Shown here one piece after another: positions 12,326-27,400 of a stretch of DNA of 64,000 bases. How positions within the stretch are numbered: position 1 is the first letter of the stretch; each line of letters starts with the position of its first letter. The stretch is from positions 602,639-666,638 of the forward strand of contig NMRA01000068.1 of NCBI GenBank assembly GCA_002633005.1, written 5' to 3'. The position numbers and the translations under genes are program-made. The notes beneath the pieces were generated by a model. It saw only the letters and a program-made list of their open reading frames with translations, searched no databases and was not told where the DNA came from. Source of the stretch: Phoronis australis. Its lineage: Eukaryota > Animalia > Phoronida.

Positions 12326-12424
12326 GTAGCCCACTGTTATCCAGACAATTTACGAGATTTTCCTCAACAGCTTAGAGATATTCTACAAAGACATGCTGCT
12401 GTCTTGGATCCAGAAATACGCATG
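12326..12424 (+). CDS. SDAD1: SDAD1 exon ([33 protein letters not shown])
   Basis: tttag|GTAGCC...CGCATG|gtaaaa, 99 nt, phase 0/0. Confidence 0.95.
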
Positions 12425-15400
12425 GTAAAAAGGAAATTTATTTAGTGTTCCAGTTGTTGTTGAGGTTTTAGATTCCTTTTGATTGAACTTGTCAAAACTT
12501 TTCTACTCATTGTAAGATCACTGGCACTCAAAAACTTCCTCTTCAGTGTTTTTACACATTTTAGTTCTATTAGTTAAGCTTTATATTCATTGGAAAATAT
12601 GAGTCTTAAAGGTCTTTTGGGAGAACTGGGGTGTTTGTATGTTGAAGTATTGAAACCAATGGTCTTGGATTTACTTAAGATTTTAATGTGTTTTGTCTAG
12701 ACATTGTGTAAAGCCCTGATGCTCCTGCGCAACAAGTCGCTCATCTTACCTACGGTTCTGTTGGAGCTTTTCTTCGAGTTGTTCAGAGTACAAGATAAAC
12801 TGCTGAGAACGACTCTCTATACTTATATTGTCAATGACATCAAGAATATCAATGCCAAACACAAGAACTTGAAACTCAACACGGTAGGTTTTTCAAAGTG
12901 TTTATATTTGCTCTGCTTTTTACGCACCCACATATTTATATGTGGACGCATAATTATGCCATCATCTCCGTCTGGTGTCTGTCCATCAACCTGTCTGTCC
13001 GTCCGTCCGGTGTCCGCTGCTCTATCTTCAAAACCCTTTGACATATGTACATGAAATTTTGTGCTCATGTGTTCATTTCATGGATGGGGCAAGATGAGTG
13101 AACTTTCGGACGTAGGCCACTTTTGGTGTGCCCCCTAGTGGCAATTTAAGTTTTTTACTTTTACCTCTGTATCTTCAAAGCAGGGCTTTATCCAGGATTT
13201 CGGAAATGGGGTGTCCAAAGTAGGGTTCTCAATATTGCAGGGCGTCCATGATTCCAATGACGCGTTACCCCCACCCCCCTACCACCATTTACCAGTAAAC
13301 CCTCCCCCCATACACACTCACAGTGAGGTAGTGTTTTTACAAAAAATGCATAGAACAAGTTTACAAAAACAGCTCCCTTGTAGTGATCTTTTTTACTTAA
13401 AACTGCATGGATCAGGACTTTCATGTCTAAATTTATGAAAACAGCAGCTAAACAGTTTACAAAACAGATATTACAGGTATTACAGATATTCGTTGAATGG
13501 TATGGTGAGGGCACAGTTCTTAGTGATCTCAAGTCAAATTGCTGTTATAAAGTTAACTAGCTTTATATTCTGTAAAATGAGTGATCAGAGCTGCAGTTTC
13601 CAACACAAGAAAAATACACAGATGATGTGTGGTTTATATTTTGGCAATAGGTATCACTGCTGCTCCATGTTAAAATTCACATAGAAAACATGAAACGGTC
13701 AATAACTCTAAACATATTAAATGGGAATATTCTTGTAGCACAATATATTATTAAAATAATAACATTTATTTCGCTTTTGGTGTTTTTAAAAAAAGATGAA
13801 AAACATGAAACTATAGTTGTGAAACACCAGTTTGGAGTTAACCAGAGTCGGTGTCCCTACATAAAATACTGAATTACACGTAGAAGTAAGACTAATGAAA
13901 GCAGAGACTGCATTGGTATACACTTTGGTAACCAATCAAGTGCTAAATATTAACAGCTCTTCTACTTTGAACTTAGTTTAAACATGGCAACATTTCACAT
14001 ACATTGTACATTTCTTTGTGAGTTGAATGGGCCACTATCATGGATCTTTCATAAACTGTGAGTCTTGGTAATCTTACAATGTTGGTCTCCAAAGTGGAAA
14101 AATTCTGATTTACAGTAGACGTCCAAATGATTGGGATCCTTGCCAGGATGTCCATATTAGTGCTAGGGCGTCCATTTCGATGCTCTGGACGTATGCTTCA
14201 CGAAGGCCTGCTTCAAAGGTCCTCGGATTTTCATAAATTTGTCGTATAGGCATCTATTATCGAGATGACGCTATCCTTCCGTTTTTGAATTGATTCTAGG
14301 TATTTTGCGCCACTTAGTGGCCATTTTTGCTGTTTTCAAGTCTGATTTTTGGGGTCGGACCCTCTATCAACCAAACCGCTGTATGGATGATTGTGAAAAT
14401 TGTGATGTATGTTCTTTCTAGGAAGAGGATGGCAAACGATGATTTCTCAATGACTTCAACAACTGTGGCGCCTCCTTATGGCAGTTGTTTTTTTTGCGCC
14501 CATGGCTGTATCTCCTAAACTTACTGCAAGATCTTTATTATATTTAGTAAGTGTAATTAGAGACATTGATGACTTTCAGACGGATCCAACGAACACTGTG
14601 TCCCCTAGTGGCAATTTCTTTTTTATGTGTTTTATTAGTTTCTCTCAAGTTCCTTGACTAATTTTTAAGAAATTTAGTAAATAGCATTCTGTTAAAGAAA
14701 TGATGGCATGTTCCAATTTTCAGATGGATTCGATGCTATTCTATGGCCATTTTTATGATGCAAATAAATGACCCTATAAGTGCGCTGATAGCGCTGCATG
14801 CGTGGGTGCATTTCAACGCTTTGCGTTGCTGTTGTTATTAGTTAGAAAAATAAACATTGTCTTCGAGCAGTTCCTGAGGATTCAGTTTTATCTGTTTGGT
14901 TGTTGTGGTAATTACACTTAGATGGCTATCCTTTATGCAAGAACTTGTAAACTATCGAACCAAATTTTCAGTGTTCTTGTGGCCTTTGAAATCAAATTGT
15001 CTCACAAGCTTAATATTGTTAGAGCACTATCGCGAACATGACCTAATAAATCAAACTTTTAATTTAGGTAACATTAATTTCAACGTGAATTCAAATGAAT
15101 GTAAATTAAAAGGATAAATTCAATGATCATCTATCAAGAATGAGAATGAGGAGGCAGTGTGGCCTAGTGCGTTGAGTGCCTCCTGTTCACTTGGTCATAG
15201 GTTCGAGTGCCTTTGGTCCCCACCTTTTGAGTCGTGTCTAGCTCTTTAGCTTGTTCATAGTTTGTGTGTCTATAGCGTGTATATTAGTGAATGAAAAAGG
15301 TTGTAGGTGTTTGATACAATATACTGGCGGCTTGGCCAGGGTTGTACATATCTGATGCAACTTGTATCAGACCACTTGCACTATTTTTGTGTGCCCAAAT

Positions 15401-18400
15401 GTTTATTTGCGTACGCATTATGCCATCATACCCATCTGTATGTCTGTCCGTCCAGCGTCCGTCCGGCGCCCAGTGTTGGCTGCTCTATCTCCAAAACCCT
15501 TTGACGTAAGTTCATGAAATTTTGAACCCGTGTACCTTTCATGAATGGGACATCATGAGCAAACTTTCAGACAAATCCGAGTACTGGTGTGCCCCCTAGA
15601 GGCAATTTTATTTTTTTATGTTTACCTCTGTATCTTCATAGGTCCTCGATGGATTTTCATAAAACTTTGGAATATAGCTATCTATTAGTGACATGATGCT
15701 GTCCTGCCGTTTTCGACGGATTCAAGGTATTTTGCGCCACTTAGTGGCCTATTTTTTTTGTTTCAAGTCAACACCTCTATTGCTTAAATTGGATGTATGT
15801 TCTTACCACAAAGAGGACGGCTGAGTATGATTGTCTGTCTACTTCGACTGCTTTGGTGCTTCCTTGTGGCAGTTTTTTTTTTTTTTGTGCCCATGACTGT
15901 ATCTCCTCAACACTCTGCAGGATCTTCATTAAATTTAGCAAGCGTATTTAAATGAAGTTTACAACAGACAATGACTTTCGGACGGATCTGACTACTTGTG
16001 TGCCCCTTATTTATTTGCAATTTTACTTTTTTACATTTATCTATGTATCTTCAAAGGTCCTCAATGGATTTTCATGAAATTTGGAATATAGGCATATATT
16101 GGTGAGATGATGGTATCCTCCCGTTTTCTGATGGATTCGAGGTATTTTGCGCCACCTAGTGGCCATCTTTGTGGTTTTCTAGTATGTATTTTGGCATCCG
16201 CCACTCTATCAGCCAAACCATTCTAAGGATGATTGTGAAAATTGGCATATAGGTTCATAGTATGGAGAGAACAGTTGACGATGACATCAACTACTTTGGT
16301 GGTTCTTAGTGGCAGTTTTGTTTTGTGCCCATAGTTGTATCTCCTAAACCCACTTCAGGATCTTTATTAAATTTTTAAAAGTTGTATTCATATGAAATTG
16401 ACAACAGACCACCGCGACTTTCAGACAAATCCGACGAACACAGTACCCTCTAGTGGCAATTTCATTTTTTCTTTCCATTTCCTTTGTTTCTCTGAAGTTC
16501 CTTGATAGATGTTTAATGAAATTTGGCAAACAGCTTTCTATTAAAGAAATAATGCCGTGTTCATGTTTCAGGTGGATTCAACGTATTTTGCACCATTTAG
16601 TGGCCATTTTTATTGATACAAATAAACACCCTTAGATGCGCACTGTTTGCGATGCGTTCGTGGGCACATTTTAATGCTTCGCATTGCTCTTGTCTAGTAA
16701 TAGAAATTCATGCATAATAATTATAGGCTTTGAAGGATAAGTGTTTTTGTCAATTTTTCTGCTGCTGAAACAGATAAGGATGCAGAAAATCCTAAATATT
16801 CCCAGAAAATTGACCCTGATCACTTGAAACTTTGGAATGAGGCAAACAAAAGAAATTGATACAAAATTTGATTTTGCACTGAAGCGACATTTTGTAGTTA
16901 AATGTGTCCAATCATTTTGATATAATGCATGTATGCAGATGTTGCATCATTGTTCTTCTTAACCAAGGTACTGTTATGTCCTGGTGTTGCATGATCATTC
17001 TTCCTTACCACAGTCCTATGATGTCCTGGTTTTTGCATCATATTTCTTCACCAAAGTACTTTTATGTCCTGATGTTACATCATTGTTCTTTTTCACCAAG
17101 GTACTATTATGCCCTGGTTTTTTTGTTTGGTTTTCAGACACTACAGAACTTTATGTACACAATGCTTCAAGACAACAATGCAAAGGCTGCCAAGATGTCG
17201 CTGGTAGGTTTAGTGATTTTGTCAAACCAATTCTGACTAGGTGCTACCCGTGCTTTTGCATGGGTACCAGCTGATTGCAGGAGGAAGAGCTATTTACAAA
17301 CATTGTGAACACATGTGTACCAAAGTACCCATAACTCATAGCGCAATAGAGCATCATTATGTTTGATTTTTTGGCTTAAAAGAAAGGAAAATTGCCATGT
17401 AAATGAGTCATGTGAGAATCTCTGGTAGGGACCTACTAATCCATTTATAGGAAGATGTAGTTCAACTAATTGCAGTGCCCCCTATGTTACTTTTTCTCTA
17501 CTCTTATAAATACTGGCAATAGGAGGCGCTAAAGCATGTTAGTGCAAAGAAAGATGAAATGGTGACTTCATGCACAGATAAATGATATTGAAGATGTCAG
17601 TGTTAAGTTCCAAGCAAATTCAAATATTTCAAGCTACCTCTGTGCCGCATATGGATAAAGACGTCAGCAACAGGTTCTCAACTTTAGAGGCACAAAACAC
17701 GCATTTCAACTATTCCCACTAATCGCACCAGCTGTGGGCTGGTACAAAACATACATGACATCAGCAACGGGCTCACAACTTGAAAGACACCGTTAGGTAG
17801 AGCGAGTTCTGCAACTATTCCTACTGATCGCTGCGCCACCTGCATACGTGACATCATCAACCGGCTCACAATTTCAGAGACTCAAACGCGCATTTCAACT
17901 AATTTAACTATTCCCACTAATTGCTGTGCCACCTGCAGGCCGATAGATGATGAACATGACGCCAGCACAAGGCTCACCTGGCTCACAACTTGAGAGACAC
18001 AGAATGGCATTTCAACTAATTCGACTATTCCCTCTTATCGCTGCGCCACCTGCAGGGACAGGCTGATAACAAACATGATGTCAGCAACAGGCTCACAGCT
18101 TGAGAGACACAGAATAAGCATTTCAACTAATTAAACTATTCCCACCAATCGATACACCATCTGCAGGCTGGTAGATAAGGTACATGACGTAATCAACAGG
18201 CTCACAATGTTAGAGACACCAAACACGCATTTCAACTAATTCAACTACTCCCACTAATCGCTGCGCCACCTGCCTACAGACAGATAACGTACATGACGCC
18301 AGCAAAAGGCTCACAACTTGAGAGACTCCAAATATACATTTCACCTAATTCAATTATCCCCACTAATGGCTGCACCACCTGTAGTCAGTGACTCTCTGGT

Positions 18401-21400
18401 CTTTCTTTCTCACAATGCCGATAATACTTCACAATGCCAGTAATACTTGATAACAAACATGACATCAGCAACAGGCTTGAGTCAGGGTTGATGGTAGGAT
18501 AACTTGAGATAAGCTGGGATTAGTTGGGTACAACTAAACATTCTGACATGTATGATGTAAGTCAGCAAAACAGACTATTTTTATTCCGTATTGTGGGTTG
18601 TACAACAAGGTTTTGCAGTGCATTCAAACAGGTTTGTTTGTTTGTAAACAGTTTAGTCTTGTACTAAGGCGTAATTACTGGTTTGTAAACATTCGGGATT
18701 TCCCGCATAACATCATGTAGACAGAAAAGGACGTGGAAGAGTGCAGGAATTTTCTCGTGACAAAATACGTTTGAAATGTGACAAAACATATGCGATGATT
18801 GCCACAAAGCCGAGTACAAAGTTTGGCAGCAAGAGACCTGAAGAATTATATGTGCGATGGAAGCCGGAGGGAGTGAAATTAGGCCGACAGACTGATGTCA
18901 CCATGGCCAAAGGCCAATATGAAACTGGCCAGCCTCCCTCTGAGTCCGCCCAAAACAGCCCGTGAGAAAAAAAAACTTTAAATCTAAATAAAGGCGAGTT
19001 GACTACCTGGGACAAAGCCAGTGCCGAAACGGACTCAATGAAGGTCTGTAGTGGAGCGACGGTGACGGAATTCGTATGAACTTTCAGTTTTATATTATAG
19101 ATAAATTGACAGCCCAGAATTTTGCTGATTCCGAAAGTTGGAACATGGACGATTTTTGCATGTATCGTATCTCTCAAATAGTGGATTATTGCGTGTTTTT
19201 GCGTAACAGGATCTGAAAACAAATTTTGGTAGTTTATAAAAAGTAACACCACTGATTACATGTCAGCAAAAACTGCTGCCAATGGCCTTGAATTTGGGAT
19301 GCCCAGTATTACGACTTTCACGAATTGGGTACAAGCTACGACCTTGAGTAAAATATTCATTTTTCAAATGTCCAAATTGGATAATTCTTATTGCAGTATT
19401 GCTCCCTGTAGTGGAACTCAGATTATCCCTTATATCTGAACTTCAGGTGATGCACATTGTGGATGCATGTCAATGCACTTTTATGTAATTGTTTAATTAC
19501 AAGTTATCGTATTCACGTATATTTTGACTTGCTCCAAGGTTTTTACTGAATCTGTTTAATATGTGACTTGCTTGTAGAAACAGCTGGTTTGCAATCACGT
19601 GTTTAAAATCGTTGTTGACTTCAAAACAGTAGGCTCATGACATGTGGGCGTGCTGTTTGTTTAATTTTATGTTTTGGTTAAGTGGCATGTATCAGACTAT
19701 GGACACTATGTAAACTAATCACAAATTTTGCTCAGAGGTGATGTTCTCTGGTAGTTATATACTCAAATACAATGAAATGAGCTAGGAATATTTCTGGTGT
19801 TTCGTTTCCAGTTGTAGGTGACCATATAAACAAAAAACATTTTAATGTAGAATTGGTAAAAAAGAAATTGACCAGGCTGGTGAAACTGTATTCGGAATTT
19901 CCATGATGCCAAAAATGTCTTCACAATATCTGCTTATTTGAAACCATGGACCTTCTATTGGCTGCTGTCATAGGTCTTACTAACTCTGATATTGGTTTGT
20001 CATCCCGTCTTGTGGTTCATGATAAACATCTTGAAAAAACAAAATTACAAATCACCACTCAACTGCCAAATATTGATGACTATATATCGTAGAGGCTCTG
20101 TGGTTTCCATAGAAATTGATAAGTTGTATTTGCCTAATTAATATGACTTGTGAGTTTTAACTGCTCATTTACACGGAACAGGATGTGATGATAGAGCTGT
20201 ACAGAAGAAATATTTGGAAAGACAGCAAGACTGTGAATGTGATAAGCACGGCCTGTTTCTCTAAAGTGACCAAAGTGAGTGTTATACCATCTGTCTCTAA
20301 AAATCTGTCAAACATTCATGGATTTCATTTTACAAATTTTGTTACTGATTAAAATGTTTACCATAGATGGTATTGGTGTTTCATGTGTCAGTCATAAATG
20401 ATTGGAAAGATTTGAGTATTGTGATATGTATTTTGGTGTGTTCTTTAATTGTATCTGCTGCATTGTGATGAGTGATGTGGTGATAAATAATGGTTATTAT
20501 CGACTGCTTTGGTTCAATCTCAGATTCTGGTGTCATCCCTCAAGTTCTTCCTTGGTACTGATGGTGACGAAGATGAAAGTGAATCTGAAGATGAGGTACT
20601 TCTCATTTCTAAGAACTTGGGGTTAATTTTAATCCAAGGTCATATGCCTGGTTGTAGCTAAGACAGTTGTAGGCACGTTGTCGTGAATGCAACATTGCTT
20701 TTTTATAAGAGTAAAACATTGCAACTGACGTTTATTTGACTGTTGTTCTTATTCATATTTATCAACCAACTTCATAAACCGTGCTTGTGGAATTGAAGTT
20801 ACTGTCATCTTAGTTAAGGGAAGGCATACAACTTTTGATGAAACGGGAAAACTCTAGCTTTGATCACAGAACTCTAGCCCTGGAATGCCACCTCCTGCAC
20901 ATGACCTATATATTCTATTATTAGAGCTTGCGACCACGTGACTAGCCGCAAAAGTCTGCATTGGGAATTTCCGACTACCTGCTCGAATGAGTTTTGATCA
21001 AGAGTTGTGGTTACCAAATCAATCTTAATTTCATTACTTCATTTTCATTTTGTAAATTATTAGTCGTCTTTAGGCACGGTTCTGTACAATTAGCGTTTTC
21101 GAGGCAGAATTAGTGTACAAACCCGACAGTTACACTGGTCATTCTTTATAAGCACCAACCTGTAGCCCTGGGTGGATGCTGGGAGTAGTTCAGCCTCTGA
21201 TATATTTTCAGCTCCAGTTGTAGAGCCACTTTCAAGTACCTATCATACTGCATGCCAGGAGTTTTTCAGCAATACATTTTTGGGTGTTAAAGTCATGTTA
21301 CAGTATATTTTGGAGAGGAGTTATATTTGGCCTAAATGAAAAGTTTAGACCCTAAAAACATGTGTGTTTTCGTAACTTTGTTATCTGTTGTATTCACCTA

Positions 21401-24400
21401 CAACTACTGTTACCTGTAGTACTGTAGTATTTACCTATACTAGTCCAGCGAAATATATTTTTAAAAAATGAAAAGAGAACCCAATCCAGTACTTTGTGTT
21501 GCTGACAGCATACAGTGTATTTGCCAATTGCCTCGCTCTTGGTGAGTTGTCTCACTTTTTTTTTTGCCATCCTGCTACACCATCTAAATGTGTTGCGTTT
21601 CCACTCACGGCCAAATTGAAATATTATATACTACTGTAATTTTCCATGTGACATAGCTATATTTTCCCACTCGACTAAAAGAAAAAACGGCGTTTCATGG
21701 CCTTTTGTGGCACCCGCAATTTCCTTCCCATTTAATTATGAAAAAGAACAACAAAAACGCCCTCTGTTTTTTGGGTATTACATCTCCCATTTGACAAAAA
21801 ATGCTGTCGGTACGTCTTAGTGTGTTGCTGCGAACATTTCACACTTTCGCCTTGGCTTGGACCCAGATGTCCATCTTTTTGTCCTAAAGTTCAGCTTTTC
21901 AATCCAGTTGTTTCGTTTTTCGTTCTTGAATGTTGACAACAGATGTTTAAACTAACATTGTCTCTTTTTGCAGATATTCTTATTTTCCAGAGTCCTCTTA
22001 CGTAACGTAAGAATCGTAAAAATGTGTTCCAATATCTCTTGTTTCTAGTAACATACACTACATGCATCAGGATCACTAACTTTTACTTCATAAAGAAAAT
22101 AGTTCATTTCTAAACTTTTATGGAAAGTCCGACTCTGCAACCAATGTGATGAGCTACCTACATTTCAAAGCTACGTGATAGATTTTTGTCTTTTTTATCT
22201 ATCAGAAAACCTTCATCTGCAAATTTTGGATAGACACTTGGAGTAGTTTTATTATTGCATTTTTGTGTCCACATATTTAATGTGGACGCATTATGCGGTC
22301 ACATGTGGAGAATTTCTCACTTACACTGGTCACCGCTCAGATTCCCTTAGCCCCAGACAATTTTTAGGATGCCTATTCAGCATGCCCTTTGTATTGATGT
22401 AGATCTGAGCTTATGACATGGAAAGGTAACACCTAGCACTAAGGTCTTGACAATTGTGGTAGTTGTTATTACACCCTAATTGGTTTTCTCTTGCATTTGC
22501 CAGTAATTTTAACTTGGTACATTTTAAATATTACAAAAAGACAAAAGTTTGTTTATCTTGACAAAGGGACACGGTTTTTGTTATTCCATTTTTAATATTC
22601 CTGTCTACTTTTTTCTTACTGGGAACAGGTTGTCTTTTATTTCAGTTTTAAACTTGAAGTACCAAAAGGATGGTAGATTTTGATCGCCAGCAAAACTTAA
22701 TTAATTTACTAGTTAAGTGTGAACCCATTCCTGAACTTTCCAGATTACACCTACACTGAACATTTCACAGCAAACAAAACTACTCGTCACCAGTACAAAT
22801 TTAATCTTTATTAGAATTCAAATCATGAAATGTTTACAAAAGTGCAAATATGGTAGTGGCCAAACAGAAGATTTGGAATCTGTGGACAATTTCGGTTGCA
22901 CTGACTAACTATTCTAGCTTGATGGCAGTCATAAAAATGAAGAGTGGGCACAAATTAAGTACAAGTGTTTCCTTGTAAAAAATCTGGTTAAACGAGATTG
23001 AAAGAATATTAAAAGAATAATGCTTGTGATATTGTTAACTCTGACCAGTGTTTGTAAATCCAATGAGTATATTAATACGCACATAACGTTAACTTTTTAG
23101 TTTATTAGTTCATCGATTTTTAAAAATCAAAAACCATGCTTTTTTCCAGTTGAATACTCCTTGGTGTTCGTTTTTGATGAAAATTATTGATTAATACATT
23201 TTGAAACTTCACCAATATGTACAGGCAGAGATATTTACTACGGTTTATGGTGGGGTAATTACATTTATCCTGGTAAAAGCCAGTCAGAAGAACGAGTGGC
23301 GAAAATTTCCGCATATCTTTAGAAATGCGTGACTTCCTTGTTAGCGTAGTTTTCACGGCATGATCCACGTGGGTCCGTCCGACGTTCGTCTAGCGTCTGT
23401 CCGGCATCTGTCTAGCATCCATCCGACGTTCACTGCTCTAACTCCAAAACCCTTTTTATGCCTGTTCATGAAACTGCACATTTGTTCCTTTTATGGAATG
23501 GGACGGCATGAGAGAACTTTCAGTGGAATTGACCACCGGTGTGCCCCCTAGGGGCAATTTATTTTTTTCCATTTACCTCGGAGTCTGTTTTTTCTAAAAT
23601 CCTCAATGGATTTTCATAAAATTTTGACATATAGGCGTCTATTAGTGAGATGACGCTATTCTTTTGTTTTTGGGTTCATTCAGGGTATGTTGCACCAGCT
23701 TCTGGCCATTTTTACTGTTTTCGAGTTGGCGTCCTCCCCTCTATCAACCAATTTGCTCTAAGGATGATTGTGAATATTTGTGCGATGAGACGGGCTCTTG
23801 CCCATTAGCGCGAGTCTCTATTCATATTCTGATGTCCATTGTGACGTCTACCTGAAGGTATTTGTTGGCTAGTCATTTATATGCAAATGTCCATGCGGGT
23901 TCTCTGGAGACCTCGGGGTATGAGTCGGTCTTAAATTGGAGTTTGTGAAGTGCGACTGTACTGTTGGGATAAGTAAAATATATGATTTAACTGCAGTCAC
24001 TGGTCTGATTATTTATTTCTGAAAGGCGAACCCGTGGCATTCGCATGTATGTTCTTACTATGAAGAGGATGGCTGACAATGATTTTCCGACGACTTTGAC
24101 AACTGTGGCGCCTCCTAGTGGCTGTATCTCATAAACGCTCTGCAGGAACTTTACTAAATTTAGCAAGTGCACTGTATCTATGTTAAGTTGACAACGGACG
24201 ACGACAACTTTTAGACGGATTCGACGAACGCTGTGCCCTGTAGTGGCAATTTCTTTTTTTTTCCGTTTTCCTAAAGTTTGTTTCTCTAAGTTCCTTGACA
24301 GATTTTTCTAAAATTTGTTTTAAATAGCTTTCTATTGAAGAAATGATGGCATGTTCCAGATTTTGGATGATTTGACGTATTTTGCGCCTTCTAGTGGCCA

Positions 24401-27400
24401 GTTTTATGATACAAATAAACAACCCAAGAAACACACCATTTGTGGGGCATTCGTGAAGGTATTTCACCGCTCCACGTTGCTCTTGTTCGTAAATGTAATT
24501 GAATTCTGAATTTTCGGTATAGAATGTAATTGTATCAAATGGCACCAAAGGTCCAATTAATTATTATATATAAAGATGTATAATTTTGATGAATGCCTGA
24601 CTAAATTATCTACAACAAGTGTGAGGGATATATATTCTATAACCTTTGTCTTTATAGGGTAGAAATCTATTGAAAAATCATTGAAGACACCATAAACGTT
24701 CGGGTTTACGCCCATGCTCACTTAACCGCCCATCCCCTACTTTAGGTGGATTTTCGATTTAAGCGCCCACTGCTCGGTTAAAGGAGAATGCTGCCCAAAA
24801 AACAACCTATTTTGTTTCAGTTTAGATCGAGTAGTTGTACTCGATAATGGCACGTTCGGTTGCATTACCTGACGGCAGACGGAGAGGTTGAAATTATCCA
24901 ATGACATCATTGGTTTCAAACGCAGTCTGTTCAGCTGTTCACAACATGGGTTACTGGTCTCAGTTTATCGCTTGAATTCATCGTTTTAACACCAATAAAT
25001 CACCAAACTTCGATGTAAAACCCTTAAAATCGTGTGTTTGCTATGGACGGATGAAGTGAATCTCCGTGGAATTTCTAGTCCCAAGTGTCATACCTTGTAG
25101 TATAGTGTATTGCGAACGATCAGGAGCTGAGGACGCCTGTAGTTGGAGCTCTTCACTAATTTAAGCCATATAACCATAGGTGCCGCTTACCCCAATAATT
25201 GTGGCTTCATCTATGAATTATTTTTTTCACAGCCGCAGATACGTTTGAGAACAATTAAATTTTCCTTGGACTCTACTCTACGCGCTCACTAGACTCATCC
25301 CCAGTCATAGTGTTAGTATTTTTTTTTAAATAAAATCTTTTGCATATGCTAGTTTTTGCCATTGTTGTAACTTTTGATTGACGACTGGCTCATGTCTGCC
25401 TGCCTCTGATTCTCGTCTTCTTTGCGTGGCATGTTTCAAGCAACTGGAAGTGAGCAACGCCGGGCGGTTGAGATAAAACAGCTAGCCGCAGAACCATACA
25501 TTGAAAATGTCATTGAGTCACGGAGTCTTGAACATAAACATCCCAAACACAAAAAAACCTGAATTAGTTTTTCAAACTTTTATTACATCGAATTTTAAAG
25601 TGCTCTCTAACTCAGAACTTGACAGCTAAAAAATTTGATTTCTGCTGTGACCTCTGCAACACGTGAAGCTCGCACACGCGCACTTCTGCAGTGTCGTTGC
25701 GTGAGAATAGTCGCAATCCAAGTTTATGTCATTGGTGGTCTGCGCATTACCACTACATCTCTAATAAGATCGCATGGGGCTATTGCTCACCAATTATGTA
25801 AATTTAATTGTGAATGACTAAACTGAGGGCAAAAGAACATTTGTTGGGATCATCTGCTGTTATGACATTTTCACCGGTATTTGGTGACGTGATGTTGAAG
25901 CTCTTTGAAAAGTGCTATGCGTTTGGAGTAAGTGTGTCGTGTGGGACCCAGATCATAAGGTAAGATTAACCGCCCAGGGTGGTTGAGTGTTGTAATAAGC
26001 ACCCATGTCTGGTTAACCACCCATCCCCGAACTTTTGGGTTTGTCAATTTAACTGCCCAGGCGTTTACCCGAACATGTACAGTATTTCCCTAATGGTTTA
26101 ACTATTCATTTATATAATGTGTGGTTCATTTCCTTTTTATGTTACTATTACATGCTGTTATTTTTCGTATTACGGTAACACTCTTGGTTTTAGAATTAAA
26201 GTACTTTTTATTTTTGTACCAGTCAGATATGTGAAATGATAAATTACTTATGAATGAAATTATGTATCTTTTGCTTCTGGTATAATCATCCAGAACTGAC
26301 AAAGGGCTTTCTAGTGATAGGGGTCTTATGCAATTCGATTTATAAAATGCGGCTTTGCAAAAAGTTCTAATGACATTAAATTCCATAGCAAGTACACACT
26401 CGGTAAGAAACGAATGCAAACAACTCTCATGCATGGGCAGTGCAACCTTTGTGGCTGTGAGACAGGAGTTGGCATTCCAGGGCTAGGGTTCTATGCTTTG
26501 ATCAAAGAAACAGTATAATATGTGTATGGGTGATTTTCATGCACCCAGACATGTACATGTGGGTACATTGTGCCGACATCTGTGGTTGTTTAGCTGGCAT
26601 CCATTGCTGTATCTCCAAATCTCCTTGATGTCACAAGGATATTTTGGACAAATCCAACCACCGCTGTTCCCTCTTGTGGGAATTTTATTTTGTGTTGCCC
26701 TTTATTTCTACAGAGTTCCTTTACAGATTTGTTGATTAGTAAATGTGTGTCTGTTGTGGAGATGGCGACACTTCATTTTCAAATGACTTCAAAATGTTCT
26801 GTGCCATGTAGTGATGATTTTTACTGTTTACGAGTCTGCTTCTATTTCCACAAAACCACTCAAAAACTTTTGGAAATTGGCAGATTTGTTACTAATGATA
26901 AGAGCAGAGCTGATATCAAGTTTCGGAAGGCTCTGAATAATGTATTGCACCTTTGCAGCAATTTTGTTGTTCGTGCATCTTCATCTGTATCTCCTAAACC
27001 CCGTGCTGGATCTGTGAAATGAGTATTTCTAAGAACATGAAAACAGGTGACGATTTTCGGATGGATCTGACATCTACTGTCCCCCTTGGTTTTGGCAATT
27101 TTATTTTTGCCCTTGTATCTTTGGAGTTCCTTGGGGGATTTTCATAAAATTTGGCCAATTTGTATGTATTCAGCTGATGACAACTCCTTTCTGTTTTCAG
27201 ATGGATATGCTGTACTTTGCAGTTATGTATCTAGTGTCTATTTTGGCTATTTTTACTATTTTCGATTTTTTTCTGAATACCACTCACAGATTCATGAAAA
27301 TTGGCAGATGTGTTCCTGCTGGAAAGGCCGATTTTAATCCTTGGATAGCTCTGATTAATTTGATACTTCATGGTGTCATTTTTTGCATTAGGGGCCTGAA

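Noticed and set aside
17660-18478. Regular repeat resembling a CRISPR array
   Set aside because: Whole units are homologous, with no unique spacers and no cas genes; eukaryotic context
18713-19252. 179-aa minus-strand ORF
   Set aside because: No recognisable domain; straddles a Helitron boundary
20461-20523. GTGATGA near a 3' splice site as a C/D snoRNA
   Set aside because: No downstream CTGA box before the acceptor
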